The position numbers and the translations under genes were made by a program. A DNA stretch of 64,000 nucleotides from Dehalococcoidia bacterium (GTDB lineage: Bacteria > Chloroflexota > Dehalococcoidia > Lucifugimonadales > UBA3495): assembly GCA_965232885.1 (NCBI GenBank), contig CBDDQX010000001.1, forward strand, positions 451,922-515,921, in the 5' to 3' direction. The notes below the pieces were generated by a model that saw nothing but the letters and a program-made list of their open reading frames with translations, searched no databases and was not told the origin of the DNA. Of this stretch, positions 17,969-26,951 are shown one piece after another. Each line of letters begins with the position of its first letter. Position 1 is the stretch's first letter.

Positions 17969-20068
17969 ATGGCTACTTACCGCAAGCATGAGGCCCAGGA
18001 GTGGGCTTGGGAAACACTGAAGGGGCAGTGGACGACGCTGACTACTCCCTTCACCGCGGACAACCGCTTTGACCGGGAGGGGATGAAGCGCAACATCCGC
18101 CACATCCGCAGCTTGGGCACCGTGGGGGCCGGCTGCGCCTGGGGCATGGGCGAGTTCTGGAGCCTGACCCATGAGGAACGCCTGGACGTGATGGACGCAG
18201 TGGCCGAGGAGGCCCAAGCCTCGAACGGAAGCCAAAGCTGGCCCATCGGCGCTCACGTCACCCACACTTCGGCGCCGGAGATGCTCTCGCTGGCCGCCCA
18301 CGCCGAGGGGCGCGGTTATGACCTGCTCATCGTCGCGCCGCCGTACATGGTCACCAAGACCGAGGACCAGGTGGTGGAGTACGTCCGGCTGCTGGCCGAG
18401 CACACTAATTTGGGCATCATGTTCTACAACTCGCCGCAGTTCGGCATCACAATGAGCGTCAACGGGCTGGCCCGCCTGTGCAGCCTGCCCAACGTGGTGG
18501 GCGTGAAGGAAGCCAGCTTCAACCAGCAGCTCTCCATCGAGGCGCACCTCACACTGGGGCGGGAGTCCGTCATCAGCACGCCTGACGAGTGGATCTATTT
18601 CAAGGGGCAGGAATTGGGCATCAACCAGCAGGTTATGTTCGCCAACACCTCCGACTGGCGTTTCGACGTTCCCGGTGCCAATAACTACGTCCGCTGGATA
18701 GACCGGGCCTGCCAGGGCGACTTTGATGAGGCGTTCTATGACCAGCACCTGCGCCGCCTGAATGAACTTTCCGACGCCTGGTGGACCCGCACTGTGGACA
18801 AGTACAACGGCGCGCTGCCCATATCGCTGGTGAAGTACTGGGGCGAGCTGATGGGCATGGCCGCCGGCAAGCCGCGCCTGCCTATTCTGGAGTTGACCGC
18901 CAGCGAGAAGATGCAACTGCGCGAAGAACTGGAGCCGCTGAAGCCGCGGGTGCCCGAGACGCGCCATGCAGAGATTACCGGAGAGCGCAGGGGTACCAGG
19001 CCAGCCTACGTTCCACAGCCGGTTTACGCCAGGCCGACGGACCCGCACTCGCGCACGGCGTGGCTGACAGGCAACGACAACTTCGCGGCGGGGATGCTGC
19101 TGATGGTCAGCGTCCAGAACGTGGAGGAAGCGCTGGAGGCCGAGCAGGGCGGCGCAGACGTAGTGGACGTGAAGAACCTGCAAGAAGCCCTGGTCGGCTC
19201 CGGCCACCCCTCCACCGTGCGGCAGGTGCGGGGCATCATCCCGGTGGAGAAGCACGTCAGCGTCACGCTGGGCGTGGTGCCCAACCAGGCCGGCACGGTG
19301 GCGATGGCGGTGTATGCCGCCGCCATGATGGACGCGACCTCGGTCAAGGTTGGGTTCCGGGTTGCGGACTACGACACCGCCGCGGAAGTGCTGCAGGAGT
19401 CCCGCCGCGCGCTGGACGGCTTCAACACCAAGCTGGTCGGGTCGCTGTTCGCCGACAACGAACTGTACGAGGGTGGGCTGGACCCGCACCTGATGGTGCA
19501 GCTTGCCAAGGACGGCGAGTGTGACGGCTTCCTGATTGATACGCTGACCAAAGACGGACGCAACCTGTTCGACTTCATGCCGGAGCCGGTGCTGCGCCAG
19601 ATAGTGCTGGAAGGCAAGCAGCTCGGCATGAGCACGGCGCTGTCCGGCCATCTGAAGATCAGCGACCTGGACGAACTGGCCCGCATCAACCCCGACATCG
19701 TGGGCGTGCGCGGCGCGGTCTGCTCCTCCGGCGACCGCGGCCGGGCGGTGGCCTGGGAGGCCGTTGCCGAGTTCAAGCGGCAGTTGGATATGCGCAAGAC
19801 CGGCGAGATTGCCGTCCACACCGAGCCTGCGCCGGTGACTGCCGCCAACGGGTGGGTGGTCATTGACGGGCGCGGCAAGAGCTGCGCCGGGGTGATAGCC
19901 GCTCTTACGCGGCAGATGGAGCAGGACCGGGAGTCTTTCGTCGAGGCGATACTGGCCGACGCGCTGAACATCTACGACGTAACGCTGTGGGCGGAGCAGG
20001 CCGGCCACCGCCTGCTGACCCAGCGCAAAGACCCGGACGGTGCTGTTCGCGTCCTGATCCAGCCGTAA
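17969..20068 (+). CDS. Three-domain fusion: DapA/DHDPS-family aldolase-like + MfnB-like (4-HFC-P synthase fold, DUF556) + TusA/SirA-like
   Basis: The N-terminal domain has GMGEFWSLTHEER, FYNSP and VVGVKEAS, which are class I aldolase motifs. The middle domain has LLMVSVQNVEEALEAEQGGADVVDVKNL, IDTLTKDGRNLFDF and DIVGVRGAVCSSGDR, matching my recollection of MfnB. The C-terminus VVIDGRGKSCAGVIAALTRQM...VRVLIQP is TusA-like with CAGV in place of CPxP. Confidence 0.65.
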   Translation: MATYRKHEAQEWAWETLKGQWTTLTTPFTADNRFDREGMKRNIRHIRSLGTVGAGCAWGMGEFWSLTHEERLDVMDAVAEEAQASNGSQSWPIGAHVTHTSAPEMLSLAAHAEGRGYDLLIVAPPYMVTKTEDQVVEYVRLLAEHTNLGIMFYNSPQFGITMSVNGLARLCSLPNVVGVKEASFNQQLSIEAHLTLGRESVISTPDEWIYFKGQELGINQQVMFANTSDWRFDVPGANNYVRWIDRACQGDFDEAFYDQHLRRLNELSDAWWTRTVDKYNGALPISLVKYWGELMGMAAGKPRLPILELTASEKMQLREELEPLKPRVPETRHAEITGERRGTRPAYVPQPVYARPTDPHSRTAWLTGNDNFAAGMLLMVSVQNVEEALEAEQGGADVVDVKNLQEALVGSGHPSTVRQVRGIIPVEKHVSVTLGVVPNQAGTVAMAVYAAAMMDATSVKVGFRVADYDTAAEVLQESRRALDGFNTKLVGSLFADNELYEGGLDPHLMVQLAKDGECDGFLIDTLTKDGRNLFDFMPEPVLRQIVLEGKQLGMSTALSGHLKISDLDELARINPDIVGVRGAVCSSGDRGRAVAWEAVAEFKRQLDMRKTGEIAVHTEPAPVTAANGWVVIDGRGKSCAGVIAALTRQMEQDRESFVEAILADALNIYDVTLWAEQAGHRLLTQRKDPDGAVRVLIQP

Positions 20069-20094
20069 ATTCCCCTCACTGGCATCGTTATGGC

Positions 20095-20167
20095 GTAGGG
20101 GCGCCCCTTTGTGGGCGCCCTTTTGTGGTTGCCCCTTCCGCGGTGCGCCCACAAGCGGCGCCCCTGC
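20095..20167. repeat. REP-like palindromic element, family 4
   Basis: The sequence GTAGGGGCGCCCCTTTGTGGGCGCCC....GCGCCCACAAGCGGCGCCCCTGC has arms complementary to each other. It is related to 26891-26951. Confidence 0.6.
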
Positions 20168-20339
20168 ATTTTGGCATCCGGGTCCGATTTCCGCTCCACC
20201 TCGCCTCATATTCTGTCCAGCAGACATAAAAATAGGTATTGATTACCGGGGATTGCCAATATAGAATTACAAACTGTCGCCAATACCAGACCCTGCGAGG
20301 AGCGACGCCGACCCATGACATAAAGGGAGGACATGTGGA

Positions 20340-20699
20340 TTGACGGTTCTAGGTTGTCATGTCTTGCTGGAACTACGGGACTGTAACCCCGCCCTGCTGA
20401 ACGACCTCAATTACATACGTCAGGCGATGCTGACGGCCGCGCATGACGTAGGCGCCACAGTCGTCGGAGAGTCCTTTCACCGCTTCAGCCCCCAGGGTGT
20501 CACCGGCATCCTGGCCATCGCTGAATCTCATATCTCAATACATACTTGGCCGGAATACGGTTATGCCGCTGCCGACATCTTCTCGTGCGGCTCGTCTTTC
20601 CTGCCCAGAGAAGCGGCGAAGCGGCTAGCGGAGCAGTTGGAGTCTCAGGACGCAGATATCAAGGAGATTGAACGGGGACTAATAGCTCAACCGGCCTGA
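20340..20699 (+). CDS. speH: S-adenosylmethionine decarboxylase proenzyme (class 1B)
   Basis: The protein includes GCHVLLELRDC, FHRFSPQGVTGILAIAESHISIHTWPEYGYAAADIFSCG (ES self-cleavage site) and EIERG. The start is TTG. Confidence 0.85.
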   Translation: MTVLGCHVLLELRDCNPALLNDLNYIRQAMLTAAHDVGATVVGESFHRFSPQGVTGILAIAESHISIHTWPEYGYAAADIFSCGSSFLPREAAKRLAEQLESQDADIKEIERGLIAQPA

Positions 20700-20731
20700 A
20701 TCCGGGATAAGCAGAGCTGAGGCCCCGGCCC

Positions 20732-21643
20732 ATGGAACTGACTGGCAACTGGTTCGCCGAAAGCGTTTCCCCGGACTTGGCCGTCATGGCGAGGTTGCGG
20801 GCAGTGCTGTTTTCAGGGGCTACCGCCTACCAAAAGGTGGAGGTCCTGGACTCGCACGTCTTTGGGCGCAGCCTGGTGCTGGACGGAAAAACGCAGTCCA
20901 CCGAACTGGATGAGTTCGTTTACCACGAGTCGCTGGTGCATCCGGCGATGATGTGCCACCCCGGCCCCAAGTCCGTGTTCATCGGCGGCGGCGGCGAGGG
21001 CGGCACGCTGCGGGAGGCGCTGGCTCACCATTCCGTGGAAAACGTAACGATGATTGACCTGGACAGGGAAGTTGTCGAGTTGTGTCGCGCCCATCTGCCC
21101 GACCACCACCAAGGCAGTTTCGACGACCCTCGACTCACGCTGCTGCACCAGGACGCCAGGGGGTTCCTGGAAGCAGGGGGAGACGGGTTCGACGTTATCA
21201 TCCTGGACCTGGTTGACCCGCTGGAAGAAGGCACGGCCTACCTGCTGTACACCGACGAGTTCTATCGCATCGCCAAAGCGCGGCTCAACCCGGGCGGTGT
21301 GCTGGTGACCCAATCAGGCCCGGCCGGGCTGCCCAATCACCAAGAATGCTTCACCACCATTTTCCACACTCTCAGCCAGGTGTTTTCCCACACGGCGGCG
21401 GCCCAGGTGCATATGCCAGCCTTCCAGACGCTGTGGGGTTTCACCATAGCCTCCGACGCCCCTCTGCTGAAGACGCAAGGGGATGAGCTGGAGGCGGCAA
21501 TAGCCCGGCGCATCGGCAAAGAACTGCGGCACTACGACGCCGAAACGCACCGGGGAATGTTTGCCTTGCCCAAGTACCTGCGGCAGGGGTTGGCGCAGGA
21601 AACGCGGATCAACCGGGACCACGCTCCCGTGTTTATGGTCTAG
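20732..21643 (+). CDS. speE: Spermidine synthase (polyamine aminopropyltransferase)
   Basis: The protein includes YQKVEVLDSHVFGRSLVLDGKTQSTELDEFVYHESLVHPAM..VFIGGGGEGGTLRE..IDLD..IILDLVDP.. Confidence 0.9.
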   Translation: MELTGNWFAESVSPDLAVMARLRAVLFSGATAYQKVEVLDSHVFGRSLVLDGKTQSTELDEFVYHESLVHPAMMCHPGPKSVFIGGGGEGGTLREALAHHSVENVTMIDLDREVVELCRAHLPDHHQGSFDDPRLTLLHQDARGFLEAGGDGFDVIILDLVDPLEEGTAYLLYTDEFYRIAKARLNPGGVLVTQSGPAGLPNHQECFTTIFHTLSQVFSHTAAAQVHMPAFQTLWGFTIASDAPLLKTQGDELEAAIARRIGKELRHYDAETHRGMFALPKYLRQGLAQETRINRDHAPVFMV

Positions 21644-21762
21644 CGCCGTCGCCTCACTTCAGTTCCCTCCCCAAAGAAGAAAGCCCCCCGCCTTGCCCCC
21701 TCACTGGGGGCAGAGGAAAAGACGAGAGGCCCCGATTCCCTACCGCGCAGTTGGTTCCGCGT

Positions 21763-22608
21763 TTATTCGTTCTCGCTCCAGGCGGCCTGCAATTCCTCTT
21801 CGTCTATGATGACTTCCTCTTCTTCCTCGTCAGTCTCGGACCCTTCTTCGCCAACGGTCATGCGGTCGGCAAGGTCGTCATACCCCCGGTCGTTCCGACG
21901 CTCCGGCGCAGGCGCGGGCCGCGTGGGAAAGGACGCGACATGCTGGAGGCTGCGGTCGCGGCGGGTCTCGTGGATGATGACGCTGATACCTTCGCCTGTA
22001 ACTCCGAGGACAGCGGCCTCATAGGTGTTGCCGCCCTCAATCAGGCGGCTCAGGCGGTGCCCCAGACGCGGGTCTATCTGCCCCAGGTACTTGCCGTCGT
22101 CGGCATATACGTTAAGAGCGTGATGCTCCAGCCGCAACGACACCGGGTCCCCGGGTGAGATCAGCGCCAGGGAGAGACGCCGCGGCGTCTGGCGCAAGAC
22201 AGTGGTGGCCGACTTGCCGCTCTCGCCGATGAACAACTGCGGAGTTCCCCTGAGCTTGTCTAAGGGCGCCCTGCGGGCGTGGCGGGAGGTCTCGTTCCCA
22301 TACAAGCGCGGGGCGCTGCTGCGCCTCTGCTCCAGGCGGGCGCGGTTTTTGCGGGCGATATTGTTGTATGGCGCGACTTCGCTCAAGTGATCGAGGACCG
22401 TGCCGGCCTCTTCGTAGCTGCCCATTTCAATCAGGGCCTTGGCCAGCCGGTTCATAGCTTCGACATCGTCGGCGAAAAGCTCCAGTATGGCGCGATTGAC
22501 TTGGGCCGCGCGTTCCCACTCGCCCTTGAGGGCTAGATCTACTGCCTCACGGTCCAGGCCGCGCCTGAACTTCGCTCCATTAGCGGCAGCAGGAATTTCG
22601 GTGCTCAT
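21763..22608 (-). CDS. TPR-containing protein with acidic C-terminal tail
   Basis: I take the start at MSTEIPAAANG; the ORF itself extends to 22710. TPR-like helices read ALKGEWERAAQVNRAILELFADDVEAMNRLAKALIEMGSYEEAGTVLDHL. The tail reads GSETDEEEEEVIIDEEELQAAWSENE. Function is unknown. Confidence 0.45.
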   Translation of the reverse strand: MSTEIPAAANGAKFRRGLDREAVDLALKGEWERAAQVNRAILELFADDVEAMNRLAKALIEMGSYEEAGTVLDHLSEVAPYNNIARKNRARLEQRRSSAPRLYGNETSRHARRAPLDKLRGTPQLFIGESGKSATTVLRQTPRRLSLALISPGDPVSLRLEHHALNVYADDGKYLGQIDPRLGHRLSRLIEGGNTYEAAVLGVTGEGISVIIHETRRDRSLQHVASFPTRPAPAPERRNDRGYDDLADRMTVGEEGSETDEEEEEVIIDEEELQAAWSENE

Positions 22609-22835
22609 CCTTCTCCATCCATAATTCGGCGCCCCGGTGCGGGAAGTCTGGGGATATACTCTGTGCCTCCTCCAGGCACAACGTAACCCGGCAGATTCCT
22701 CCGGGGGCAAGTTTCCATTAGGGCTATTACACTTATATCAGTTCCGTGCGGGCGGTCAATAGCAAAATCAGCTTGGACAGTGGCAATTTCGCGCAGTTTT
22801 TCTTCCGCAGAAGAAACTGGCGACGGCGGATTTTA

Positions 22836-23564
22836 TCATCCGGGAACCCCCCGGTGCCGCCACCGGATACGCAGCAAATCCATAGACATCGAAAGGGCGT
22901 CGCGCAGGGGCCTGACCTTGCTGTGTTCGCGGTAATGCCAGTCCACGCCGATTTCGGCAACCGTCAGCCCGGAGCGGCGCGCGAGATAGAGCACTTCCAC
23001 GTCAAAGGAGAAACCGTCCAGCGTGGCGCTGGCGAACAGGCGGTGCGCGGCGTCGGCTCGAAAACACTTGAAGCCGCATTGCGTATCGGCCAAGCCGGTA
23101 GCGGCCAACCTGCCGGTGACAGCATTGAACACGCGGCCCATCAGGTGGCGGCGGCCAGGCTCGCCATAGCGGGCTGCGCCGGGGGCCTCTCGCGAGCCGA
23201 CGGCGACATCTACGCCCGCTGCCCTGGGCGGCAACAACCGCTCCACTTGGGCAATGGGGACGGACAGGTCAGCGTCGCACAGCAGACGAAATTCTCCGGA
23301 GGCGGCCAGCATACCGTTCTTTACCGCCCAGCCCTTTCCCTTATGCTCCAGCGGCAACACCCGAACTCGCGGATCGCCTTCGGCGGATTCGGTCACCAAG
23401 CGGGCAGTGGCGTCGAAGCTGCCGTCGTCAGCCACCACAATCTCCCATTGGTAGTCCTGTCCGTTCAGGTAGGAGACAATCTCGCGGATGGTGCGGGAAA
23501 TGCGGATTTCCTCGTTGTAGGCCGGTATGACGACGGACAGATGGGGGGGTTGGGTCATTCTCAT
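22836..23564 (-). CDS. Family 2 glycosyltransferase (polyprenol-phosphate sugar synthase-like)
   Basis: The protein includes LSVVIPAYNEEIRISRTIREIVSYL...EIVVADDGS.D.T, followed by a DAD motif (LLCDADLS). Confidence 0.8.
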   Translation of the reverse strand: MRMTQPPHLSVVIPAYNEEIRISRTIREIVSYLNGQDYQWEIVVADDGSFDATARLVTESAEGDPRVRVLPLEHKGKGWAVKNGMLAASGEFRLLCDADLSVPIAQVERLLPPRAAGVDVAVGSREAPGAARYGEPGRRHLMGRVFNAVTGRLAATGLADTQCGFKCFRADAAHRLFASATLDGFSFDVEVLYLARRSGLTVAEIGVDWHYREHSKVRPLRDALSMSMDLLRIRWRHRGVPG

Positions 23565-23645
23565 CCCTACAACTCCTTCCCCATTGAGGGGGAAGGTTGG
23601 GATGGGGGCGAAAAGGTCAAAGCGCGGTCTCCCGTTTGCCGCTCA

Positions 23646-24986
23646 TTACTCTCGGTCGAGCTGAAAGCCCTCGTGCAGCAGCCTCACGGCGTCGCGTCCC
23701 TGGGCTTCCGCGATTATACAGGAGATGCGAATCTCAGAGGTGGTGATCATGTCTATGTTGACGCCGCCGTTGGCCAGCAGGCGGAACATACGGGAGGCGT
23801 AGCCAGGCGTGTTCTGCATACCGGAGCCGACGATGCTAACGGCGGCCAGGTCAGCCGCGCTGACCACGCCGGCGGCGCCCATTTGCGGCGCGAGACCCTC
23901 CACCAAGCGTACGGCGGCGGGCAGGTCGGTCCGGCTGACGGTGAAGCTGATGTCGGTGGCGCCCGCTTGCTCACGAGCGGCGGGGCCGCTGGTGTTCTGC
24001 ACGATGGTGTCCACGCTGATGCTTGCCTCGGCCAGCGGCTCGAACAGGGCGGCGGCCAAGCCGGGACGGTCGGGCACACCCTGGACCGTTATCTTGGCGA
24101 CATTGGCGTTGTAGGCGATTCCGGTTACTTTGATTCTCTCTTCCATCTGATTCCCAACGGTATCGTCGCCTGCGTAGGGGCGGGTTTTAAACCCGCCCCC
24201 ACCGGGGACAGTGTCGTCGCTTGTATTGGGAGAGGCGAAGGCGTCCGAAACATCCTTGCCGACGGCGTGAATCAGGGTGCCTGGGGCGTCGCTGAAGCTG
24301 GAGGCGACGTAGATGGGAACGCGGTAGACGCCGCCCAGTTCAATGGAGCGGGGGTGCATCTTGGCTCCCAGGCTGGCCAGTTCCAGCATCTCTTCGTAGC
24401 CCACTTCATCTAACTTGAGGGCATCGGGCGCTATGCGCGGGTCGGCGGTGTAAATGCCCTCGACATCGGTATATATTTCGCAGCGGTCGGCCTTCAGGGC
24501 GGCGGCGATGGCGACGGCGGTGGTGTCGGAGCCGCCGCGACCCAGCGTGGTTATGTCGTCTTCGGCGGTGATGCCCTGGAACCCGGCGACCACCACGATA
24601 CGCCCCGCATCCAGCTCGCGCCGCATCCGGCCGGCCTCGATGCGGCTGATGCGGGCGCGGCCAAAGCTGGTGTCGGTGTGGATGCCCGCCTGCGGTCCGC
24701 TGAGGCTGATGGCTTCGTGGCCCAGTTCGCGCAGGGCCATGGTCAGCAGGGTGCAGGACACCAGCTCGCCGGTGGAGAGCAGCAGGTCCAGCTCGCGGGC
24801 GTGAGGCTCGCGGGAGACGGTGTGGGCCAGCTCGATTAGCTCGTCGGTAGTGTCGCCCATGGCCGACACCACGGCCACCACGTCCGTACCCGCCTGCCGC
24901 ACTATGCCGATGCGCCGGGCCACGCTGAGGATCCTGTCTGCGTCGGCCACCGAGGAGCCGCCGTATTTCTGGACTATGAGGGGCAT
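23646..24986 (-). CDS. lysC: Aspartate kinase with an inserted linker
   Basis: The protein begins MPLIVQKYGGSSVADADRI...VVVSAMGDTTDELIEL. The ACT region follows after IKVTGIAYNANVAKITV. An extra ~35 aa lies between GTLIHA and MEERIKVTG. Confidence 0.9.
   Translation of the reverse strand: MPLIVQKYGGSSVADADRILSVARRIGIVRQAGTDVVAVVSAMGDTTDELIELAHTVSREPHARELDLLLSTGELVSCTLLTMALRELGHEAISLSGPQAGIHTDTSFGRARISRIEAGRMRRELDAGRIVVVAGFQGITAEDDITTLGRGGSDTTAVAIAAALKADRCEIYTDVEGIYTADPRIAPDALKLDEVGYEEMLELASLGAKMHPRSIELGGVYRVPIYVASSFSDAPGTLIHAVGKDVSDAFASPNTSDDTVPGGGGFKTRPYAGDDTVGNQMEERIKVTGIAYNANVAKITVQGVPDRPGLAAALFEPLAEASISVDTIVQNTSGPAAREQAGATDISFTVSRTDLPAAVRLVEGLAPQMGAAGVVSAADLAAVSIVGSGMQNTPGYASRMFRLLANGGVNIDMITTSEIRISCIIAEAQGRDAVRLLHEGFQLDRE
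24174..24202. repeat. Palindromic REP-like element inside the lysC coding sequence (in frame)
   Basis: The core of GTAGGGGCGGGTTTTAAACCCGCCCCCAC is the perfect palindrome GGGGCGGGTTT/TAAACCCGCCCC. It encodes ..GGGGFKTRPYA.. on the minus strand. It is flanked by TATCGTCGCC and GTGTCGTCGC. Confidence 0.75.
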
Positions 24987-25108
24987 AGGGTCATTTTCTC
25001 TTAAAGGTTTTTTTCAACACAGAGGTCACAGAGTACACAGAGATTTTTTCTGTGGTTAATTTACCGGAAAGATAAAGGTCACTCAGCGAGGAGTTGATTA
25101 CGCTCCGG

Positions 25109-25480
25109 CTACCGTCCGCCTGAGTAAGGTCTCTCCGGGTGTATAAAGGGAACCAGTCTATTGCGGCGCGGGTCTACCATAAAATCTAGACTCTCCAGTG
25201 TACTTGCCCCCACGAGATACTTGTCTTCCGCGCCAAAGATGACAGGACAGGGAAACTCTTTATCTTGCCAAGCTATACGAGCCAGGCCCACGCCCAGCGA
25301 TTCCTCATTGCCATCTGCAAATTCAAAGGTTTGTTCCGCAAGGCGCCGCACTTGCAATTGAGCCAATAACGATGCAGGTAGCACGGTATGGTAAGCGCCA
25401 GCGTCAACCAACGCCGATACTTCAACCAAGTCTCCACCATCGAGGTGTCCGACTCCGATGGTCACTGTAAACAGGCCCAT
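25109..25480 (-). CDS. Retropepsin-like (clan AA) aspartic peptidase, paralog with DAGA
   Basis: The protein reads MGLFTVTIGVGHLDGGDLVEVSALVDAGAYHTVLPASLLAQL...FADGNEESLGVGLARIAWQDKEFPCPVIFG. The start is taken at the internal ATG at 25480. Confidence 0.6.
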   Translation of the reverse strand: MGLFTVTIGVGHLDGGDLVEVSALVDAGAYHTVLPASLLAQLQVRRLAEQTFEFADGNEESLGVGLARIAWQDKEFPCPVIFGAEDKYLVGASTLESLDFMVDPRRNRLVPFIHPERPYSGGR

Positions 25481-25539
25481 ATATCTTTCTCCAGAAGACT
25501 TGCTCTTTATCATCATCGCACTACTGGGGGGCGACGTTA

Positions 25540-25899
25540 TCAATAGGGCCGCTCGTGGTGTATCCGAGGAACCAGGCTGTGCTGGCCGGGTTCTACCGAC
25601 ACGTCAAAGATTTCCAGCGTGGTTGCGCCCATCAGGTATTGTTCTTCGGGGCCGAAGATTACCGGGCAGTCAAATCGCTCATTCTGCCAAGCTATCCGGC
25701 ACAGGCCCACGTCGCGTATTTGTTCGTTGCCGTCGGCAAACCGGAAACTCTTTTGCAACATTGGCTCAATGCGTAGTTGCGCTAACAATGATTCGGGCAG
25801 CATCGTATGGGCCGCGCCCGTGTCAACTATCGCCGCTATTCCCACCATATCACCGCCTTGAGGGTTGCCTGCCTCAATAGCTACTCTGAATACGCCCAT
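25540..25899 (-). CDS. Retropepsin-like (clan AA) aspartic peptidase, paralog with DTGA
   Basis: The protein reads MGVFRVAIEAGNPQGGDMVGIAAIVDTGAAHTMLPESLLAQL...FADGNEQIRDVGLCRIAWQNERFDCPVIFG. Confidence 0.65.
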   Translation of the reverse strand: MGVFRVAIEAGNPQGGDMVGIAAIVDTGAAHTMLPESLLAQLRIEPMLQKSFRFADGNEQIRDVGLCRIAWQNERFDCPVIFGPEEQYLMGATTLEIFDVSVEPGQHSLVPRIHHERPY

Positions 25900-25930
25900 A
25901 TCTCCATCCGTCCTAAATTTTACGCCGTTA

Positions 25931-26869
25931 CTACGATACCAGATGGGCGCCCAGGGCCGTGGGCTGAGTGACCTTCACCGTGCCCTCGACGGACGCCTGG
26001 CGGGCGGCTTCGGCCATCTCGTAGGCGACGGTCATCTCGCGGCCCTGGGTCAGAGCCAGAACGGTGGAGCCGCTGCCGGAAAGGAAGGCGCCCAAGGCAC
26101 CGGCGTCCAGAGCCGCCTTCATCAGCAGCTTCATAGCAGGGAAGAGTGGCTGGCGGTAGGGCTGGTGCAGCTTGTCCTGGGTGGCGACGGACAGGTATTC
26201 CGGATGATTGGTGGCCATCCCGGCCACCAGCAGGGCAACGCGGGCCATGTTATGCACCGCGTCGGGCACCGGCAACTGTTGGGGGAGCACGGCGCGGGCG
26301 TCGGCAGTGGCGATGCGGTTTTCGGGGATGAACAGCACAGCATGGATGGCGGCAGGAACGCTGACCGGCACGGTGTACAGGGTGCTTTCCCCGGAATCCT
26401 GCGCCTCTGTCACCACCAGTTGCAGGCCGCCCATCACGGCGGCTGCGACGTTGTCGGGGTGGCCCTCGATGGTTGCGGCCATTTCCAGCAGGTCGCGGGC
26501 CGCGAACCCGCCTCCTTCCCCGGTCATATTGGCCAGGGCGTTGGCGGCGGCCAGCCCCCCGGCAATGGCGGCGGCACTGCTGCCCAGCCCGCGGGCCAGC
26601 GGTATCTCGTTGTCGCAGCAGACCCGCAGCGGCGGCATCGGGCGGCCCAATTCGCGGTACAGGAACTCCATGGAGCGGTAGACCAGGTTTTCCGTGCCAT
26701 CCTCCAGCTCGCCTGCCCCTTCGCCGGACACGCTGACCGAAGGGGTATCGCCACCGGACAGCGGCTCCACCTCGACGGTGTTCCAGATGTCTAGGGCCAT
26801 GCCGAGGCAATCGTAGCCGGGTCCGAGGTTGGCGGTAGTGGCAGGCGCAGCAACGCGAACAGCAGTCAT
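25931..26869 (-). CDS. thrB: Homoserine kinase
   Basis: The protein includes VRVAAPATTANLGPGYDCLGMAL...IPLARGLGSSAAAI (GHMP kinase motif). Confidence 0.9.
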   Translation of the reverse strand: MTAVRVAAPATTANLGPGYDCLGMALDIWNTVEVEPLSGGDTPSVSVSGEGAGELEDGTENLVYRSMEFLYRELGRPMPPLRVCCDNEIPLARGLGSSAAAIAGGLAAANALANMTGEGGGFAARDLLEMAATIEGHPDNVAAAVMGGLQLVVTEAQDSGESTLYTVPVSVPAAIHAVLFIPENRIATADARAVLPQQLPVPDAVHNMARVALLVAGMATNHPEYLSVATQDKLHQPYRQPLFPAMKLLMKAALDAGALGAFLSGSGSTVLALTQGREMTVAYEMAEAARQASVEGTVKVTQPTALGAHLVS

Positions 26870-26890
26870 ACAGCTTTCCCAATGATAATT

Positions 26891-26951
26891 GTAGGGGCGT
26901 CCCTTGTGAATGCCCTCGACTATTAAGGGCGCCCACGAGGAACGCCCCTAC
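26891..26951. repeat. REP-like inverted repeat, family 4
   Basis: GTAGGGGCGTCCCTTGTG...CACGAGGAACGCCCCTAC. The right arm contains the stop codon of the 26948..28081 gene. Confidence 0.65.

Noticed and set aside
17948-20227. 759-aa minus-strand ORF
   Set aside because: It is antisense to the three-domain fusion gene. Its composition is Gly/Arg/His/Ala-rich with no motifs.
22746-24413. 555-aa plus-strand ORF
   Set aside because: It is antisense to the GT2 and lysC genes and contains the REP-encoded ..GAGFKPAPT.. peptide. It is a shadow ORF.
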